From contig CAWGXH010000003.1 in the NCBI GenBank assembly GCA_963826525.1, forward strand, positions 192,001-256,000: a DNA stretch of 64,000 nt, written 5' to 3'. Shown here piece after piece: positions 12,268 to 23,162 of the stretch. The position numbers and the translations under genes were made by a program. The notes below the pieces were generated by a model. The model made no database searches. It was not told the DNA's origin and saw only the letters and a program-made list of their open reading frames with translations. Origin of the DNA: an uncultured Methanomicrobiaceae archaeon (GTDB lineage: Archaea > Halobacteriota > Methanomicrobia > Methanomicrobiales > Methanoculleaceae). Position 1 is the stretch's first letter. The number at the start of each line of letters is the position of its first letter.

Positions 12268-12751
12268 ACTCTTCCACCTCAAAAGGATTTCTGCGGAAGG
12301 GAGCGGTTGTGCTCGAATGTAGGGAGATGAGAAGATCATCTCTTCAGGGATGATAAATACGTTTCTATTTGGGAAATCTCTTCAAATTTGGTTAAAACGA
12401 ATTTATGCTCTATATTTAAGCCCGGTTCCGATGGCATCCACTCCGGACTTCCTGCGCCATGGACCCTCGAACCGTACGTGTTCTGTCCGAAAAGTTTCCT
12501 TCCCGCTCCGTATTCTCCGGTTTCGGGCGATGAGGTGGCCGGCGCACCTCCCGAAGAGTACGATGCAGATTCGTGCGTGGTAGTCGCAATTGCCGCTTCC
12601 GAATCTGCATAAAAAGGTATCCGGGCGGAGCTCTCGTGTTCCCGGAGAGACCCGGTCTCCCGGAGCCTTTTTGAGGCAGGAACACGTGGATATCGTATCC
12701 TCCCGTCCGGAGATATCTTTTTATTCGATCATTCAGATATGAGATAACTGA

Positions 12752-13733
12752 ATGCCACCCGACGCACCTGCCGACACGCTGATCACTGCACTGAACCCGC
12801 GGGCGATTCCTCTCGATCTCGCGATCATCTACCTCTGGATCCTCGCAACCATCCTCGGCATCTACCTCCCCGTCCTCAACACCAGTTTTCTCCGGGTGCT
12901 CTTCGCGCTTCCCTTCATCCTCTTCATCCCCGGATATCTCCTGATCGCCGCGCTCTTCCCGAGGAACGACGATCTCGACGGCATCGAACGCGTCGCCCTC
13001 TCGTTCGGGCTCTCCATCGCGGTCGTCCCGCTGATCGGGCTTGCCCTGAACTACACGCCGTGGGGTATCAGGCTCGATCCGATCGTCGTGTCGCTCCTGA
13101 TCTTCAGTGCCGCAATGGGTCTCATCGCCCAGTACCGGCGCTCCTCCGTCCCTGCCGGCAGAGCGGTTCGTCGTTCCGTTCGGCGAAGCCGCCGCTGCCG
13201 TGCGGGGAGAGTTCTTCAACAAAGATGCCCCCCGTCTTGACCGGGTCTTAAGCATCGTGCTTCTCGCGTCGATCCTGGTCGCCGTCGCGACGACCGTCTA
13301 CGTCATAGCCGTTCCGAAAGAAGGGGAGAAGTTCACCGAGTTCTATATCCTCGGGTCGAAAGGAATGGCTGCGGACTACCCGACCGATTTTGCCGCGGGA
13401 ACAGGGCAGACGGTGATCATCGGGGTAGGGAACCATGAATACCGGAACGTCACGTATACCGTCGAGACCCTCGGGCTTAATCAGGTCTTCAATGAGACGA
13501 CGAACGAATCCGCGATCCTCTCGTCGACGTCGCTCGACCGATTCACCGTGACCGTGCCGCACAACGAGACCGTCGAACAGCCTTATACCTTCACCCTCAC
13601 TGACCCGACGGTGAACCGGGTGGAGTTCCTCCTCTTTGAGAATCCCCCGGCAGACTCGGTGACCGCGGCCGAGCGGATCAACGCAAGTTACCGCGACCTG
13701 CACCTCTGGGTCAGGGTACGACCGACAGGATGA
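12752..13733 (+). CDS. DUF1616-family membrane protein (frameshift ~13150)
   Basis: LFIPGYLLIAALFP...IERVALSFGLSIAVVPLIGLALNYTPWGI; EKFTEFYILG..GMAADYP; YRDLHLWVRV. Confidence 0.85.
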
Positions 13734-14481
13734 GCCGGAGCGTCCGGTTCTTCCGGTCCGCCGTCGCCTGCTCGATGGTGCAGGCTTTTCCGGTTCCTTT
13801 TGCCAGCATGCACGCGATCAGGCTGCAGACCGGGCAGGGGCACATGGTGCATGCCTTCGGGGACTCCTTTCGGATCTCCATGCACCCGTCGATGAGCCGG
13901 TATCCCCGGAGTTCGACGACGATCGAGTCGCCCGCCCGCGATGCCTCGACCGTCTCCGCCACTTCGAGGACTTCTTCGCAGACCTCCCGGATCGCTGCCA
14001 GCACCTCGTCCTCCTCGCCGGGGAGCCGGAGATCCGACGATGTTTCGAGCAGCCTGAGCAGCGGGTAGCCGAGCGGCGGTATGACAACACCGCTGCCGTC
14101 ACTGCCGGTCTGCAGTGAGAACCCGTCGGTCGACTCGATGGGCTGGTACGACGAGGCCGGGATCACCTGCATCACCGACGGGCCTGGTGCATCCTCTGCG
14201 GCGGGGACCATGTATGCATTCCCCTTGATCCCGAGGTCGGCGCAGATCCGGGCGATATCGAGGGTGCCCTGCACCGCAAGGAGGCTTGTAAACCGTGTAT
14301 CGAGCGCCTCCTCTTTCGAGAACGTCAGGACGAAGACGCCTGCGATGAAGCTGCTCACCGCCCCGAGCACCAGGGTGGCGCTCGTCATGTCGCCCCGGTT
14401 CGTCACCGCAACGATTACCATGATGACGGCCGCTGCGGCAAAGAGGGCGACTGCGGCCAGGGTATATTCGCTCTGTTTCAT
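13711..14481 (-). CDS. Hypothetical membrane protein with C-terminal Cys cluster (CxxxPCPxC)
   Basis: 256-aa ORF with two N-terminal TM helices and CTMCPCPVCSLIAC; overlaps the upstream gene in the operon. Confidence 0.7.
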   Translation of the reverse strand: MKQSEYTLAAVALFAAAAVIMVIVAVTNRGDMTSATLVLGAVSSFIAGVFVLTFSKEEALDTRFTSLLAVQGTLDIARICADLGIKGNAYMVPAAEDAPGPSVMQVIPASSYQPIESTDGFSLQTGSDGSGVVIPPLGYPLLRLLETSSDLRLPGEEDEVLAAIREVCEEVLEVAETVEASRAGDSIVVELRGYRLIDGCMEIRKESPKACTMCPCPVCSLIACMLAKGTGKACTIEQATADRKNRTLRLILSVVP

Positions 14482-14948
14482 AACTCTTCTTCTCCGAGGC
14501 AGGTCTTCTGCAGCTGGTATCCGGAAAGGGTGATGGCGATCGATGCGATGACGAGTCCTGCCCCGATCGCAAGAACCGGCAGGAGGGTGTGGCGCGACGC
14601 CGTCATACCTGGGTAGAGGAGCAGGACCCCCGCCGCGAGAACGGCAAAGGGAACGAGCTCGCGTCGGAACCGAAGGAGGCCTTGCGCCCGGAGAAAGACG
14701 GCGAGGAGCAGGACCTGCAAGGAAAGAGCAGGGAGCACCGCTCCCGTTCCGACGGCGACGACGAGCGTCTCACCGGCGCAGAGGAGGTAAAAGCCCCGCT
14801 CGGGGAGGTTCCCGGTTCCCCGCTCTGTAATGACAAATATGCAGAGAAGGACGACGATCAGGTACCATATCTCCGATAGGGCGGCGGCTGCCAGCGTAGC
14901 GATACAGAACACGGCGGTAAGGATGCCGGTTACGCTCTCCTCCCTCAT
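14478..14948 (-). CDS. Hypothetical multi-pass membrane protein
   Basis: Hydrophobic ORF from MREESVTGIL, translationally coupled to both neighbours. Confidence 0.65.
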   Translation of the reverse strand: MREESVTGILTAVFCIATLAAAALSEIWYLIVVLLCIFVITERGTGNLPERGFYLLCAGETLVVAVGTGAVLPALSLQVLLLAVFLRAQGLLRFRRELVPFAVLAAGVLLLYPGMTASRHTLLPVLAIGAGLVIASIAITLSGYQLQKTCLGEEEL

Positions 14949-16258
14949 CCGATCACCTCGACGCTCTCGACGTCGGCGGCGAAGAGCGCCTTGAGCATGC
15001 CCGGCGACGCGGTGCTCTCCGGAATCCGGAGGTGGACATCCTTCCGCATCCTTTTTGCCTGGGTGATGGTCTGCCATATGTGGCTCTGATCCCCCTCGAA
15101 CGTACTGAATATGTATACCGCTCCGGCACTGATCGATGCCATGACCCTGCCCATCTGCATCTCAAAAGCCGTCTTCTGATCCCGGTGCATATCCCGGTAC
15201 ACCGAAGCGAGGGTGGTGGTGAAGTGGTAATCCGGGGAATCTTTCGGCATGCGGGCAAGGTCACGCTCGGTTCTGCTCAGTTTCGATCGGACGGCGACCT
15301 CGTCCCGGGCATAGTACTGGTGGACGAGCCGCTCGGCAGGCTGCAGCTCTCCGACGGCAGACATGACCCGGTGGATGTCGCGTTCGCTCGGGAGGTAGCG
15401 AACGACGTTTCCGCCCGAGATGATGAGGAGCGAGACGAACCGGTACTCCTTGATCGCCTCCTCGAGCGCTCCGGTCACCGCGGATACGAGCGGGTCGCTA
15501 TTCGGCATCTCCGGGCGGAGGGTGGCGTCGGGGAGGTCGACGAGGATCAGGGGGAGGTTGCCCTGCTGACTTGCATACTCTTTGACGAAGAGCTTCTGGT
15601 GCTTCGCGGAGAGCTTCCAGTCTATCCGGCGGGGGTCGTCGCCCCTGACATACTCCCGGAACGAGTGGATGCTGTACCCGGCGAACGACGATCGTTCCCG
15701 TCGCTCCGTATCTCCGTAATCGCTGCCCCCGCTCTCGCCCTCGAACGCGCCCGACGGGTGAACGAGGAGCGTCGGCAGCGTCTGCTCTCTCCTCCCGAAA
15801 GTGAGTTCCCCGGTGAAGAACGGATCGGCGATTGTTACGGCGAGACCCGCAAACGATACCTCTCCCCGCGCCATGATCCGCGTCCGGTAGGCGATAGTCG
15901 TGCTCCCCTCGCCGGGCGCTGCGGTGGAGCGCATAACCTCTCCTCCCACCAGGTCGGAGCCGGCCGGCGGGAGATCGCGGATAGTCAGGTTCGTCTCTCC
16001 GGGCAGGGTGTATCCGACGGTGGCCGTCACGTCGACGACGCCTCCCTGCCTGATGATCGTCCGGTTCGTCGTGCGGTCGACCGTGATCGAGCGGGCGACT
16101 GCCCGCATCTTCCGATCGAAGATGACCGCCCGGGACACGAGGAGCAGGGCAAGTGCCGCTCCCGGGATGAAGGCTGCCGGTTCGTCGAGCACCAGGGAGC
16201 ATACAAGGAGCACCAGGATGAGTGCGGCGACGCCTCGCGTACACCGTGTCGTCTGCAC
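14945..16258 (-). CDS. DUF58 domain protein (MoxR partner)
   Basis: SFREYVRGDDPRRIDWKLSAKHQKLFVKEY motif; directly downstream of MoxR. Confidence 0.9.
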   Translation of the reverse strand: MQTTRCTRGVAALILVLLVCSLVLDEPAAFIPGAALALLLVSRAVIFDRKMRAVARSITVDRTTNRTIIRQGGVVDVTATVGYTLPGETNLTIRDLPPAGSDLVGGEVMRSTAAPGEGSTTIAYRTRIMARGEVSFAGLAVTIADPFFTGELTFGRREQTLPTLLVHPSGAFEGESGGSDYGDTERRERSSFAGYSIHSFREYVRGDDPRRIDWKLSAKHQKLFVKEYASQQGNLPLILVDLPDATLRPEMPNSDPLVSAVTGALEEAIKEYRFVSLLIISGGNVVRYLPSERDIHRVMSAVGELQPAERLVHQYYARDEVAVRSKLSRTERDLARMPKDSPDYHFTTTLASVYRDMHRDQKTAFEMQMGRVMASISAGAVYIFSTFEGDQSHIWQTITQAKRMRKDVHLRIPESTASPGMLKALFAADVESVEVIG

Positions 16259-16261
16259 GGC

Positions 16262-17235
16262 CTATGGCACCTCTACCGCATCGAGGATCTCCCTGATAAT
16301 CTGTTTGGTGGTGATTCCCCCGATCTCCGCCTCGCGCTCGAGCATGAGCCGGTGCTGGAAGACCGCGGGCGCCATCCTCTTGATGTCGTCAGGAATGACA
16401 TACGCCCGGTTCTGCAGTGCGGCAACCGCTTTCCCTCCCCTGACGAGTGCGATCGATGCACGGGAACTCGCCCCGAGGCGCACATCGCCGTGCATCCGCG
16501 TGGCGACGACGAGGTCGCGGATATACTGCAGAACGGGCTCCTCGATATGGACCCGATTCGTGACGTCGACGAGATGTTCGATGGTGTTTCTGTTCATCAC
16601 CGGGGTCAGCCGCTCAAAGAAGGGCTGCCACTTCAGCGCCCCGGTATGTTCCCGCCTGACCACCTCGAGTTCGTCGTCCCCCGAGAGGTGGTGCGAGTTG
16701 TAGCTGAACATAAACCGGTCTTTCTGCGCCTCAATGAGCGGAAACGTCCCTTCGAACTCGAAGGGGTTCTGGGTGGCGATGACGAAGAACGGCGAGTAGA
16801 GATCGAGCGTGATGCCGTCGATCGTCGCCTGGCGCTCGCTCATCACCTCGATGAAGGCGCTCTGGGTCTTTGGGTTGAGACGGTTAATCTCGTCGATGAG
16901 GAGGATGTTTGCAAAGACCGGGCCTTTTCGAGCTGGAACTCCTTCGAGTCCTGGTCGTAGACCCGCACCCCGATGATATCCGCGGGCTGGGTATCGACCG
17001 CGCACTGCACCCGGCGGAACTCGCACCCGGTGATCCGGGCCATCGCTTTTGCGATCGTCGTCTTTGCGGTTCCCGGGATGCCCTCGATAAGGACGTGGCC
17101 GCCGGAGAAGATTCCGATCACCAGCAGTTCTATGAGATCGTCGTTGCCGACGATATACTGGCTCAGCATACCCTGGGTGGCGTTGTAGATATTTGTCAGC
17201 AGTGAGAGTTCCTTTTTGATGTTCGCGTCGGTCAT
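16262..17235 (-). CDS. moxR: MoxR-family AAA+ ATPase (frameshift ~16930)
   Basis: HVLIEGIPGTAKT Walker A; ILLIDEINR Walker B; ATQNPFEFEGTFPLIEAQKDRF. Confidence 0.92.
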
Positions 17236-18129
17236 GGTGATCGCCTAGAGTATGTTCCTTCGAAATGCGTACGCAACCAGCAGAAGTACCGGTACATATG
17301 AGAATTATTTTTATTATGCTTGTGCTTTTTCACGGTTGCAAGCAGGGCCGTGACGGCGCTCCCGGCCGTCGTCTCCGAGCTCATCTGGTCGATGAGGAGG
17401 GTTTCGTTGCCTTCGAGGACGTTTCGGACGAACCGCTGATTGTCGCGGACGCTTCCGAGCGTGAGCATGCCGTTGATGAAGAGGCTCGGGTCGGCGACGA
17501 CGAAGAGGTCTCCGTCGCCGATCCGCTCGTATGCCATGACCCCGTGCCTCCCGAGCGCCTCGTCGGCGTCGATGTGCAGATCCCCGTTCGCGTCGACGAA
17601 GCTTAAGATCGAGGTCTGCATGAGTGTCTCGCCGCCGGCGAGCGACGCCGGCCGGTTCATCACGATGACCTCCACCCCTTCGGTGATGGTGCTGTTCGCA
17701 CTCCGGTATGCGAGGACGGTATGAGGGTTGCTGTACTCGACGTCCATGCTCGAGAGGTTCCCGCCCGAGATCCGGATTGTGCTGCCGATGCCCGCGAGCA
17801 GCTGGTTGCCGGTGCCGAAATCGTCCGCGAGAATGAGGGTGTTTCCCGCCTCGACGTAGGCCCGGTAGCGTGCGATCGCGTCGTCGTCGAAGGCGGTGCC
17901 GGGTGCGATGAGGAGAAGGCGGGAGTCCGGATAGGCGTCGAGTTCGTCGAGGTCCAGTGATCGTCACGGCACCGAGATCCCCCGCCCGCTCGAAGAGCAT
18001 GGAGGTGCCGTTCCACTGGATGTTGTATCTGCTGTAGTCATCCGTGGTCGTGGCGAGATGGACGAAGAGGATCGAGACCAGCACGAGGAGAATACACCCG
18101 ACAAGGGCGAATATCTTCTTAATCTGCAT
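17232..18129 (-). CDS. DUF4350-like domain protein (frameshifted)
   Basis: YSRYNIQWNGTS; LILADDFGTGNQLL; LFVVADPSLFINGML; typical position upstream of MoxR. Confidence 0.75.
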
Positions 18130-19860
18130 CACGCTCCGTATCTTCGGAGAGCTCTTCGAAGAGGGCTGTAAGCTCCCGGCGCTCCTCGTCCGTCGGTCTC
18201 TCTCCTCCGTAACGGACGGCCTCGTAGCCCCGGACAAACTCCGCAAGCCGTGCACCGAGCGGGAGTCTTCTGCAGGCGGCGAGCGAGCTCCCTCGGTGTC
18301 ATCGCCAGGTAGCCGTCGATGCGGTGTGTTGTTGCGATCCTGCCTGCCAGGTGTGCGTAGAGCGCGTGAACCGCATCGCTGATCTGGCCTGCAGCGATCA
18401 ACCGTGCGAACCTCTCGGAGACGCTCTCGTCCTCTTCGGGGAGGGGTTCGCCGGCTCCCTGTTCGTCCGCCGTCGGTGCACCGGCACGCTCCTCCGGGAG
18501 AGCTTCTGCCGCCGCCGGTTCGGCCTCCGCCCCTCTCCGCCGGCCGCGGATGTACCAGGCGCTGCCTGCGGCGCCGAGGAGGAGGAACCCTGCGTAGATG
18601 AGGATCGGGGATCCGAAGAGCGAGGGTGCGATCTCCACGAGCACCGGTTCGCTCTCCGATCCGTTGAGGGGGAGGGACGAACTCTCGAAGATCGCCACGA
18701 TCTCGTAGGTGCCCGCCTCGAACTGCCGCTCGAGCGTGTAGTTCCCATTATCGTCCGTCGTTGCCGTTCCGAATCGTCCTGCCGTCCGCCGTTATCCGGA
18801 CGGGGGCATCGGCAACCGGGATCTCCCCTGCCCGGAGGCTGCCGATGAACGTCCGGTTCTCTGCCTCTGCCCCCTCTGCCGCCTCGAGGGTGAGGGCGGT
18901 ATCGAGCGGGAGGACGGTGAAAGTGACGACCTCCGAGTAGGTGGAACCGTGGACGGCGTAGGCGAGGTGCTTCCCTGCCCTGATCCGGTCGACGGTGAAG
19001 GTGGCTCCATACCGCCCGTCGTCACCGGTGGCGACCGTCGTCCAGTACTTACTGTCTATGTAGAGAGTGACGTTCTCCCCGCCGACGACCCTGCCGGTCA
19101 GTTCTCCTGCCACCGAGAGCCGATCGCGGTACACGCCGGTCTCCGGGGTGATCGCGATCGAGAGCCGCTGCGGGGTGGTTGGGGGAGCGGGGGTTTCCGT
19201 CCTCCTCGTCTCCTGCTTTGCCTCGATCTCCTCGACGATATCCTCGAAGTCGTCGACGCTCTGTTCGTAGGCCCGCGTATCGAGCTCGAAACGGGAGCTT
19301 GTGTTTGTCAGGGCGCTCTCGCGGGACTGGTAGCCTTTAAAGTTCTCGGCGATCTGCGTTCGCAGCGCTTCACCCTCGTAACTGACCGAATAGAGGAGGT
19401 CGGGACGATTCTCGTCGCGGTAACGGATCTCGAGGCTCTGCAGCTCCTGGAACCGCCGGGTGTCGTTCAGGAGCGACTGCATGCTTTCCACGTTCTTTTT
19501 GTTGTTCTTCCGGAACTCCTCAAGTTCCGTCTCGGACATATCGAGGTTAATGACCATGCCGTCGAGGCGCCGGGACTGTTCCATATACTGCTGCAGATCG
19601 CGCTCGGCAGATTCAAAGTCCTTGAGCTTGATATTCAGCACCAGGGTGCCGGTATTGTCGAGCACTTCGGACATCAGCGGGAGCATGACTTCGGACTGTT
19701 CCCGGGAGATCTGCTTCAGTGCCTCGGGATTCTGGTGGAACGGGGTGTCGGAGTCGCTCGTGAAGGTGTAGAGGACGGGAGACGCCGCATATCGGGCGAT
19801 AAGGGCAAAGAAAAGGATTGCCAGGATCACGAGCAGGAGCTCTGTGTATCGCCGCCTCAT
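18119..19860 (-). CDS. Membrane-anchored protein with coiled-coil and Ig-like regions and a DUF4129-like C-terminus (frameshifted)
   Basis: N-terminal TM; ORFs 18748-19860 and 18129-18698; C-term YLAMTPRELA motif. Confidence 0.65.
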
Positions 19861-20123
19861 GAATTCAGGATCTCCAGGACTTTATGGGCGACGATGGCGC
19901 CGAAGAGAATGACGCCCGTCGCGATCGCATACCGAAGATAGTGCAGGTAGGACGGCCGTGAGAACGCCGGGTCGATCAGCTCCACGACGATGAGGATGCC
20001 GATGAGCCAGAGGACGAAGAAGATCTCGAGATCGAGGTTTCCTGCGAGGATCATGAAAAACGTGACGATGAGCAGCCAGACGATAAGCCCCCCCGCGGCC
20101 AGCTGTTTCTTTTTGATCGTCAT
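19857..20123 (-). CDS. Small membrane protein, first gene of the MoxR operon
   Basis: 88-aa hydrophobic ORF overlapping the next start codon. Confidence 0.7.
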   Translation of the reverse strand: MTIKKKQLAAGGLIVWLLIVTFFMILAGNLDLEIFFVLWLIGILIVVELIDPAFSRPSYLHYLRYAIATGVILFGAIVAHKVLEILNS

Positions 20124-20246
20124 GGCATCTTCCCCTCATCTCCCGGTCAATTGCATTGTTTTTGGAGATATCCTGTCAGGTAGAGATCTATTAGTTACAA
20201 ATATTTATAATACCAAATGGCATTACTGCCTGAGGAGGTATTCGAA

Positions 20247-20744
20247 ATGAGACGCTATGGTTTAGTACTTCTGTCTCTCCTGGTTGTGGCGCTCCTGACT
20301 GTTCCTGCCAGTGCGTTCACGGCCAATTCGCTCGACATTGTCGTCAATGAGAGCGGGGATGCAGAGGTAAGGTTTGATTATTCGTTCTCGTGGATCGAGC
20401 AGATCGCGGTCTTCTTCAAGATCACGGCGCCCGAACAGGAACTGAAGAGCGCACTTGAGAGTTACTCCGGTAAGCCGGCCGATATCATTGCCGTCGAGAG
20501 CGGATACTCCGTCTTCGACGTCCGGGACTTCGCCCAGATCAAGGAGAACGGGACGAGCAGAGTCTACACCCTCCCGGCGCTTGACTTCACCGCAGCCGAG
20601 AAGAAGCTCAAGGAGTACCGGTTTGCCCCGCTCATCGAGGCCGACTTCTCCCCGGCAGTGACCACCGTCCGCTTCCCCGACGGCTATGAGGAGAAGGTCT
20701 ATGACAAGAGTGCGATCCCGTCAATCTCCCACGAGATTAACTAA
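20247..20744 (+). CDS. Secreted hypothetical protein
   Basis: GAGGAGGT RBS, upstream TTTATAA TATA, signal MRRYGLVLLSLLVVALLTVPASA; T-run after the stop. Confidence 0.75.
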   Translation: MRRYGLVLLSLLVVALLTVPASAFTANSLDIVVNESGDAEVRFDYSFSWIEQIAVFFKITAPEQELKSALESYSGKPADIIAVESGYSVFDVRDFAQIKENGTSRVYTLPALDFTAAEKKLKEYRFAPLIEADFSPAVTTVRFPDGYEEKVYDKSAIPSISHEIN

Positions 20745-20762
20745 TACTCTTTTTTGAGCCTC

Positions 20763-22010
20763 TTATCCAAAGGCCGTTTCGACGAGGAGAGCGGCCGCCA
20801 GCGTCACGATCCCCGCAATCGATAACGGGAGGGTATACCGGCACACGACGGCTCCGAACCCTTCGCCGGTCGTCCGCTTGAGCAGCCAGAAGAAGGGGTC
20901 GCTGACGTAACTGAACATGAACGCTCCTGCGGCGATCATCAGAACGAGCGCAGCGGGATGGATCTCCGGGACCAGCGTCGTCGTGGAGAGAACGGTCGCG
21001 GTGACGGCAGCGGTGACGACCCGGGAGCCCTGCGCCGCCTGAATGAGTGCGGCGATGACGAACGGAAGCAGGAGCGCCGGGAGGTAGCCGGCGACAAGCC
21101 CTGCAACGTCCGACGGAAACGTGCTCGCGGCGATGACCCCGCCGAAAGCGCCGGCGCCGGCAAGATCGAAGATGATGATCCCAGCAGTCTTCGTTCCCCG
21201 CGCAAGCGCCCGCTCCCGAACCTCGGCAGGGACGTCGAGGAGCGCCACGAGGAGCGCCGCAAGAAGCGCGATGTAGATGTTCGAAAACCCCTTGAGCGGC
21301 GGCACCGCAAACCCGATCCCGAGCATCAGGAAGAGAACGATGAGGGGCAGCCACGCCCGGACGGCAACGGCGCTGCCGGACTCGCCCTCCGGCTGCTGCA
21401 CCTCCCCCGCCGGGATGCGCCTTCTCCAGAAGAGGAGAAGGCCTCCGAGCAGCAGGAGCGAGAGCGGGAGGGTGATGAGGTCGACCCGCCAGGGTTCGCC
21501 GGGGTACAGGGTGAGCGTGGTGACGACGGTCTGGATAACCGGCGAGGGATAGAGGAGCACGTAGGAGATGATCCCCCCGACACCGGTTGCAAAGAGGAGG
21601 GCGGTTGCTGCCGCCCGCTCGCTTCGGAGGGCGGAGACGATCGGCGAGAGGATCACGAAAGAGGTGATCCCGCACATCAGGGGTACGGAGAGGAGGTAGC
21701 CGGCAACCCCTGCGGTGTAGAGCGGCCGGTGTACGACCTTTTTGATATCGGTGACGATATCCTCTATCCTGCCGCTCTCCCGGAGCACCTGCGCGATAAC
21801 GACGCCCGCGAAGATGACGATGCCGAGGATGGCAAAGATCCGGCCCGCTCCGGCGGTGATGGCCGGCATGAACGTATCCACCGGCATCCCGGAGAGAGCG
21901 CCGAAGAGCACCGCCGCACTGATGAGGGTGAGAAACGGCGGCAGGTGGTATCTGACCGATGAGAGCGTGATCAGGACGAGGCAGACGGCGAACGGGAGGA
22001 GGGTATCCAT
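20763..22010 (-). CDS. GntP-family permease
   Basis: Multi-TM; PFLTLISAAVLFG; LIQAAQGSRVVTAAV; FSYVSDPFFWL. Confidence 0.85.
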   Translation of the reverse strand: MDTLLPFAVCLVLITLSSVRYHLPPFLTLISAAVLFGALSGMPVDTFMPAITAGAGRIFAILGIVIFAGVVIAQVLRESGRIEDIVTDIKKVVHRPLYTAGVAGYLLSVPLMCGITSFVILSPIVSALRSERAAATALLFATGVGGIISYVLLYPSPVIQTVVTTLTLYPGEPWRVDLITLPLSLLLLGGLLLFWRRRIPAGEVQQPEGESGSAVAVRAWLPLIVLFLMLGIGFAVPPLKGFSNIYIALLAALLVALLDVPAEVRERALARGTKTAGIIIFDLAGAGAFGGVIAASTFPSDVAGLVAGYLPALLLPFVIAALIQAAQGSRVVTAAVTATVLSTTTLVPEIHPAALVLMIAAGAFMFSYVSDPFFWLLKRTTGEGFGAVVCRYTLPLSIAGIVTLAAALLVETAFG

Positions 22011-22066
22011 TGTTATAGGTGTATGCAACGCGGCGCCTCAAAATATCGCCGCTTCGCCTCCGCGTT

Positions 22067-22912
22067 CTATTGGGTCTCTGCCACTCGCGCTCTCGCGATC
22101 GCAGCGTAATCGGGGTCTATCTCGAACCCGATGTACTGCGCCCCGAGCGTGGTGCAGGCAAGAGCCGTGCTGCCGATTCCCATGAAGGGGTCGAGGACGA
22201 GCGTTGCAGCGGAGTAGCCGTGGAGCCGGATGCACATCTCCGGGAGCTTTTCAGGAAAACTCGTGGGGTGCGGTCGTGACGACCGTATCGTCCGGTAGGG
22301 GATGAACCAGGTGTTCCCCCGGTCGCGGAGATCCTGCTGCGCGGCTTTCCACCGGCCGATATTTGATTTGTCCTGGTAGGACACGCCGACGTCGAGTTTC
22401 TTCAGGGAGACGCCGCCTTCTTTCGTGAAGTGGAAGATATGCTCGTGGCACTGGCTCAGGTACCGCGGGCTGTTCACCGGCTGGTAGTGGCCGACCGCGA
22501 TGTCGCCGGTGATGCGCTTGTAGTTCCCGACGTCCGCCTTCTCGATCGCGATGGATTTGACCCAGTGTATCACGTTCTGGAGCGCGTAATACGGCCGAAA
22601 GCGCTGGACCGCATCGAAGGGTATCCAGGGGTCGCTCGGTTTTCCGCCGACGTTCAGGAAGAACGAGCCGTCAACTTTGAGCACCCGCTTTGCCGCAACG
22701 GCCACCTCCTCGATCCAGTCGAGATACTCTTCGCGGGGCTTTTTGTCGTCGTAGCGGTTGTAGTCCTTACCGATATTGTAGGGTGGCGAGGTGACGATGA
22801 TATCGACCGATCCTGCCGGCATCTGCCGCATGCCGGTGAGGCAGTCCATAGCGTGAATCGTGTTCGCCGCAAGGTCGGATGGAGCGTCTCTTCTATCTTC
22901 CACTGCTATCAT
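22067..22912 (-). CDS. Site-specific DNA methyltransferase (beta-class amino-MTase, SPPY, probably N4-cytosine)
   Basis: [10 protein letters not shown] catalytic motif precedes HPTSFP and [14 protein letters not shown]-binding motif. Confidence 0.9.
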   Translation of the reverse strand: MIAVEDRRDAPSDLAANTIHAMDCLTGMRQMPAGSVDIIVTSPPYNIGKDYNRYDDKKPREEYLDWIEEVAVAAKRVLKVDGSFFLNVGGKPSDPWIPFDAVQRFRPYYALQNVIHWVKSIAIEKADVGNYKRITGDIAVGHYQPVNSPRYLSQCHEHIFHFTKEGGVSLKKLDVGVSYQDKSNIGRWKAAQQDLRDRGNTWFIPYRTIRSSRPHPTSFPEKLPEMCIRLHGYSAATLVLDPFMGIGSTALACTTLGAQYIGFEIDPDYAAIARARVAETQ

Positions 22913-23162
22913 AGTGAGATTGGCGCTCCTTATCCAAAAGGTGAACGGGATCTGCCGTGATCGGTCGGCTACGATTTGAGGAACCCATCCGCGATCAGCC
23001 TGCAGGGGGTTTGCTCTCCCGATGGCATCACGATACATTTCCCGGAAGGGCGAGAGAGCCCGTGCAGGCTCCCTTATATCCCGAGACCCGCACGCTTCTC
23101 CTCGATGTGCTTCAGGATACCACCTGCCGCCTCGACCGCCACCGGGAGATCCCGGCTGGCCG

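Noticed and set aside
15032-16960. 642-aa plus-strand ORF (likewise 2324-3847, 8261-9259, 18949-19941, 54001-55704)
   Set aside because: Antisense shadows of real minus-strand genes, expected in high-GC DNA; no motifs of their own.
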